DNA of 24,000 nt, from the NCBI RefSeq assembly GCF_000420405.1, contig NZ_ATUW01000001.1:5072-29071 (forward strand). The letters are read 5' to 3'. Positions 21,155 to 24,000 of this stretch are shown in pieces; position 1 is the first letter of the stretch; each line of letters opens with the position of its first letter. The DNA comes from Winkia neuii subsp. neuii DSM 8576. Lineage in GTDB: Bacteria; Actinomycetota; Actinomycetes; Actinomycetales; Actinomycetaceae. Below the pieces are notes generated by a model. It did no database searches. It had not been told where the DNA came from and saw only the letters and a list, made by a program, of their open reading frames with translations. Position numbers and translations under genes: made by a program.

Positions 21155-23709
21155 TGCTGAAAGTTACTCTTCGCGGAATTCGCGCTCACCTGGGGCGTTT
21201 CCTGCTGACTATGATCGCGGTGGCCCTAGGCATTGCCTTCCTCTCGGGCACCCTGTCACTGCGGCAGGTACTGGACGACAATTTCAAGTCTCTTACCGCT
21301 TCGGCTCGTACCGCCGACGTGTACGTGGTGGGCCCGAAGATTTCCAATTCGTCCTCGCCCCTTACTATGCGCGACCAGGTGTCTATCGATTTGCAGAATA
21401 AGGTCAGCCAGGTCGACGGGGTGTCGAAGGTGCTGCCCTACTACGTGGCCACTTCCGTGCTCATGAAATCCGACGGCACGCCTTTGCGCTCTGCGGCAAC
21501 GGCCATATCGCAGGTGGTCGAACCCGGCGAGGGCGGCCCCAAGCTAACCCAGGGCAAGCCGCCCCAGCAAAACCAGTTAGCCCTGCCGGTTCAAGATGGC
21601 AAGAAGTTTGGGCTACATCCGGGCGACAAGGTGAAGCTGGTTGCGGAAGGCACCCCCATGGACTTCACCGTGAGCGGCTTTTACAAGCTGCCTCAAGAGG
21701 TGAAGGCCTACCAGATCATCTACTTGAACCCAGAGCAGGCCCAAGAATTAATCGGTGCCTCCGGCAAGGCCATGTACCTTTCGGTTGCAACGGACAAGGG
21801 CGCTTCGGCCTCGCAGGTGGCAAAGAATATTGACAAGGTTTTAGAGGGCGGGAACCAGGCTCTAACTGCCAGCCAGCTAGCTGACGAGGACAATAAGACC
21901 ATCGACCAGGTCCTGGGGTTTGTGAACACTTTCTTACTGGTGTTTGTACTGTTAGCCCTGTTCATTGGCACTTTCATTATTGCTAACACGTTCCAGATGT
22001 CGGTGAAGGCCCGCACCAAGGAGTTCGCTTTGATGCGCGCCGTTGGGGTCTCGTCGGGGCAAATCTTCACCTCTGTTGCCCTCGAATCCTTTGTGATAGG
22101 TCTTATCGGCTCTGTGGTAGGGGTGGCCGTTGGGACGGGGCTGCTATCGCTAATGGCCGCCCTCGTCACCCACCTCGGATTGCCTTTAGAGATCAAGCAC
22201 GCGATGCCTTTGTCCGTGGCGGGGATCGCGCTGATAGTGGGCATTTTAGTGACCGTGTTAGGGGCGCTCCTGCCGGCGCGCGAAGCGGCCTCCACCGCAC
22301 CCGTCGAAGCCATGCGCACCGCCCAGGGGGCGAACGAAAAGCCGCTCACCGTGCGCAACATTATTGGTGGCGTACTCGTCGCAGCCGGCTTATTCCTCAC
22401 GTTTGCGGTAGCCACCAAAACCGTCCGTTTTTCCTCTCCGGGGTTGCTGCTGGGAATCGGGGCGGCCGCCCTCCTATTTGGCCTTATTGCGCTGCTTCCC
22501 ACCCTAGCTAAACCAATCGCGTGGCTGCTTGCCTGGCCACTGCGAATCTTTAGGCCGCAGGGGCGAATCGGGCTGCGCAACGTGCTGCGTTCCCCACGCC
22601 GCATCGGTTCCACCGCCGGCGCCCTCCTTATCGGGATGGCGCTCGTTTCTGCAGGCTCCACCCTGGCTGCTTCGGTGCGCGAATCCACTGCGGACCAGAT
22701 GAAGAACGAGCTGAAAGCTCCCCTGGTGATCAACACTATTCAGGGCACTAAGCCAACGCCGCTGTCGAAGCCGCTAAAGGATAAAATCTTGGCAGTTGAC
22801 GGCGTCACTTCTATCAACGATTCGTTGCAGGTAGGCGTTGCCGCCGCCTACGGCGCTTCGGCTAGCCCGCGCCAGGCAAAACCCATTTTGGTGGGCCGCT
22901 TTTCCCCCGACCAAATGGCGAAGGATTTGAAACTGCAGGTAGAAGCCGGCAAGATCGCCGATTTGGGATCGCAAAAGATCGCTGTTTCCGAAGGTGCCAG
23001 CGAGGATTTGAAGGTGGGTTCCAAGGTCAACGTAATTGGCAGTTCGGGCACGCCCGTCCCCTTCACCGTCGTTGCCCGGTATAAGTCTGCTGTAATTCAG
23101 GCTACGGCTTTAGTTTTGCCGGACGAGGCCGACCGCGTGGGCCTTTCCCAGACAGTTTCCGGTGGGGCATTCTTGCGTTTGGCGAATCCCACCGACCACC
23201 AGCAGGTGGAAAAAGTGCAAAAACGGGTGCAAAACATTTTGAAGGACACCTACACGTTCGAAGTGCTTACGCCCTCTGAGTTGGATAGTTCTGTACAAAC
23301 TGGGATCAACCAGGTTATGGGCATCCTTTATGGCCTGTTGGGGCTGTCGATAATCATTGCTATTTTGGGCATTGTAAATACGCTGTCGCTTTCCGTATCC
23401 GAGCGGACACGCGAGATCGGTTTGATGAGGGCGGTGGGCATGTCCCGTTTGGGAATTGCCGGAACCATCACTGTCGAATCGGTGTTGATCACAATTTTTG
23501 GCGCCCTGGCTGGCATTTTGACAGGCTGCTATTTAGGATGGGCGCTGCTTAAGTACCTGGGGTCCTCGGGAATAAACACTGTTTCTATCCCGTGGAATGT
23601 GATTATTGTTTTGGCGATTGGCTCTGTCGCTGTTGGGATTATTGCGGCAATCATCCCGGCCTTCAATGCTTCGCGCAAACCCATTTTGGAGGCGATTTCT
23701 GACGAGTGA
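21151..23709 (+). CDS. ABC transporter permease with two FtsX/MacB-type 4-TM modules and two large extracytoplasmic domains
   Basis: The N-terminal anchor MLKVTLRGIRAHLGRFLLTMIAVALGIAFLSG is typical. Two FtsX modules are present (...IANTFQMSVKARTKEFALMRAVGVSSGQI... and ...VNTLSLSVSERTREIGLMRAVGMSRLGI...). The start is GTG 21151 or ATG 21154, and GGAAG lies at 21141-21145. Confidence 0.9.
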   Translation: MMLKVTLRGIRAHLGRFLLTMIAVALGIAFLSGTLSLRQVLDDNFKSLTASARTADVYVVGPKISNSSSPLTMRDQVSIDLQNKVSQVDGVSKVLPYYVATSVLMKSDGTPLRSAATAISQVVEPGEGGPKLTQGKPPQQNQLALPVQDGKKFGLHPGDKVKLVAEGTPMDFTVSGFYKLPQEVKAYQIIYLNPEQAQELIGASGKAMYLSVATDKGASASQVAKNIDKVLEGGNQALTASQLADEDNKTIDQVLGFVNTFLLVFVLLALFIGTFIIANTFQMSVKARTKEFALMRAVGVSSGQIFTSVALESFVIGLIGSVVGVAVGTGLLSLMAALVTHLGLPLEIKHAMPLSVAGIALIVGILVTVLGALLPAREAASTAPVEAMRTAQGANEKPLTVRNIIGGVLVAAGLFLTFAVATKTVRFSSPGLLLGIGAAALLFGLIALLPTLAKPIAWLLAWPLRIFRPQGRIGLRNVLRSPRRIGSTAGALLIGMALVSAGSTLAASVRESTADQMKNELKAPLVINTIQGTKPTPLSKPLKDKILAVDGVTSINDSLQVGVAAAYGASASPRQAKPILVGRFSPDQMAKDLKLQVEAGKIADLGSQKIAVSEGASEDLKVGSKVNVIGSSGTPVPFTVVARYKSAVIQATALVLPDEADRVGLSQTVSGGAFLRLANPTDHQQVEKVQKRVQNILKDTYTFEVLTPSELDSSVQTGINQVMGILYGLLGLSIIIAILGIVNTLSLSVSERTREIGLMRAVGMSRLGIAGTITVESVLITIFGALAGILTGCYLGWALLKYLGSSGINTVSIPWNVIIVLAIGSVAVGIIAAIIPAFNASRKPILEAISDE

Positions 23710-23818
23710 GACCCCGCGGAGGCCGTTTGGCTCGAGGGAAATTTAACGCAAAAGGCGAGAAGTTTTCGAAATAGTGGCAAAATAAGGCCAGTACGTACCG
23801 TAAGCCCAGGAGGCCAAT

Positions 23819-24000
23819 GTGACTAGTCCTTCCGTAGATCCAAAGGCGCATGCAGGCAGCACCGCCGCCGCCCCCATATCGAGCCCAACACCTGTCCGCA
23901 CTCAGAGCGGATCTTCCCTGGGGGAATTGTTTTCGAAGTTATCTGACCAGGTACACACCCTAGTTCAAGGCGAGATTGATCTGGCTAAAGCCAAGGCCGG
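23819..24000 (+). CDS. Holin-X-like (Phage_holin_3_6 family) membrane protein, 5' part (3'-truncated by window edge)
   Basis: Not in the ORF track because it runs off the window. AGGAGG (23808-23813) lies 5 nt upstream of GTG 23819. My hand translation is VTSPSVDPKAHAGSTAAAPISSPTPVRTQSGSSLGELFSKLSDQVHTLVQGEIDLAKAKA.... The SLGEL..L..Q...LV..E..LAKAE pattern is typical of the actinobacterial holin-X family N-terminus (from memory). Confidence 0.55.
   Translation, partial: MTSPSVDPKAHAGSTAAAPISSPTPVRTQSGSSLGELFSKLSDQVHTLVQGEIDLAKAKA

Noticed and set aside
21720-22736. 338-aa ORF on the minus strand inside the FtsX permease gene
   Set aside because: It is antisense to a gene with clear family signatures. 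Its product is Arg/Ala/Ser/Pro-rich with no recognisable motifs, as expected for a shadow ORF in GC-rich DNA.
1-24000. Scan for tRNA/rRNA genes, CRISPR arrays, IS elements/terminal inverted repeats, integrases, toxin-antitoxin or defence-system genes
   Set aside because: I found no spaced direct-repeat arrays, no tRNA-like T-arm/acceptor signatures, and no transposase-, integrase- or nuclease-like ORFs by eye. All long ORFs are accounted for by metabolic, transport or regulatory families.

Overview
The window is a GC-rich chromosomal segment that looks actinobacterial. This rests on gene families, frequent GTG/TTG starts, overlapping start/stop codons and Pro/Ala-rich low-complexity linkers; the taxon cannot be fixed from here. 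Left to right: (1) the 3' end of a LacI-family regulator; (2) a membrane-anchored DUF3152-like protein tightly coupled to cydA-cydB (cytochrome bd oxidase); (3) a small convergent 2-TM protein; (4) a PuuP/PlaP-like APC permease followed by an Amidohydro_3-type hydrolase; (5) a Pro/Gln-rich membrane protein with a DUF4352-like C-terminal domain and a clean intrinsic terminator; (6) a Maa/LacA-type sugar O-acetyltransferase; (7) a raffinose/melibiose-type locus with a divergent ROK regulator, a GH36 alpha-galactosidase, two CUT1 ABC permeases, a lipoprotein solute-binding protein and a GH32-like protein, but no locus-encoded ATPase, which is usual for actinobacterial CUT1 systems that share MsiK-type ATPases; (8) a small CxxC...HxxC protein; (9) a 425-bp gap; (10) a glutathione peroxidase; (11) a MacB-type ABC ATPase plus an 852-aa double-FtsX permease; (12) the 5' end of a holin-X-like membrane protein. 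I saw no tRNA/rRNA, CRISPR array, transposase, integrase or phage genes. Most of the window is ordinary housekeeping and sugar-utilisation DNA, and I do not see a convincing novel multi-gene system. The best candidate for something undescribed is a self-contained mini-gene in the 425-bp gap upstream of gpx. It has an extended -10-like element flanked by exact Fur-type heptamers, a leaderless-looking 35-codon Cys/His-rich sORF (below the ORF-track cut-off), and a strong hairpin 5 nt after its stop. Second is a full-length GH32-like protein in the raffinose locus that has lost two of the three canonical catalytic residues. The remaining observations are lower value: a degenerate metzincin-like motif in the DUF3152-like protein, in-frame tandem duplications, and a candidate ROK operator.
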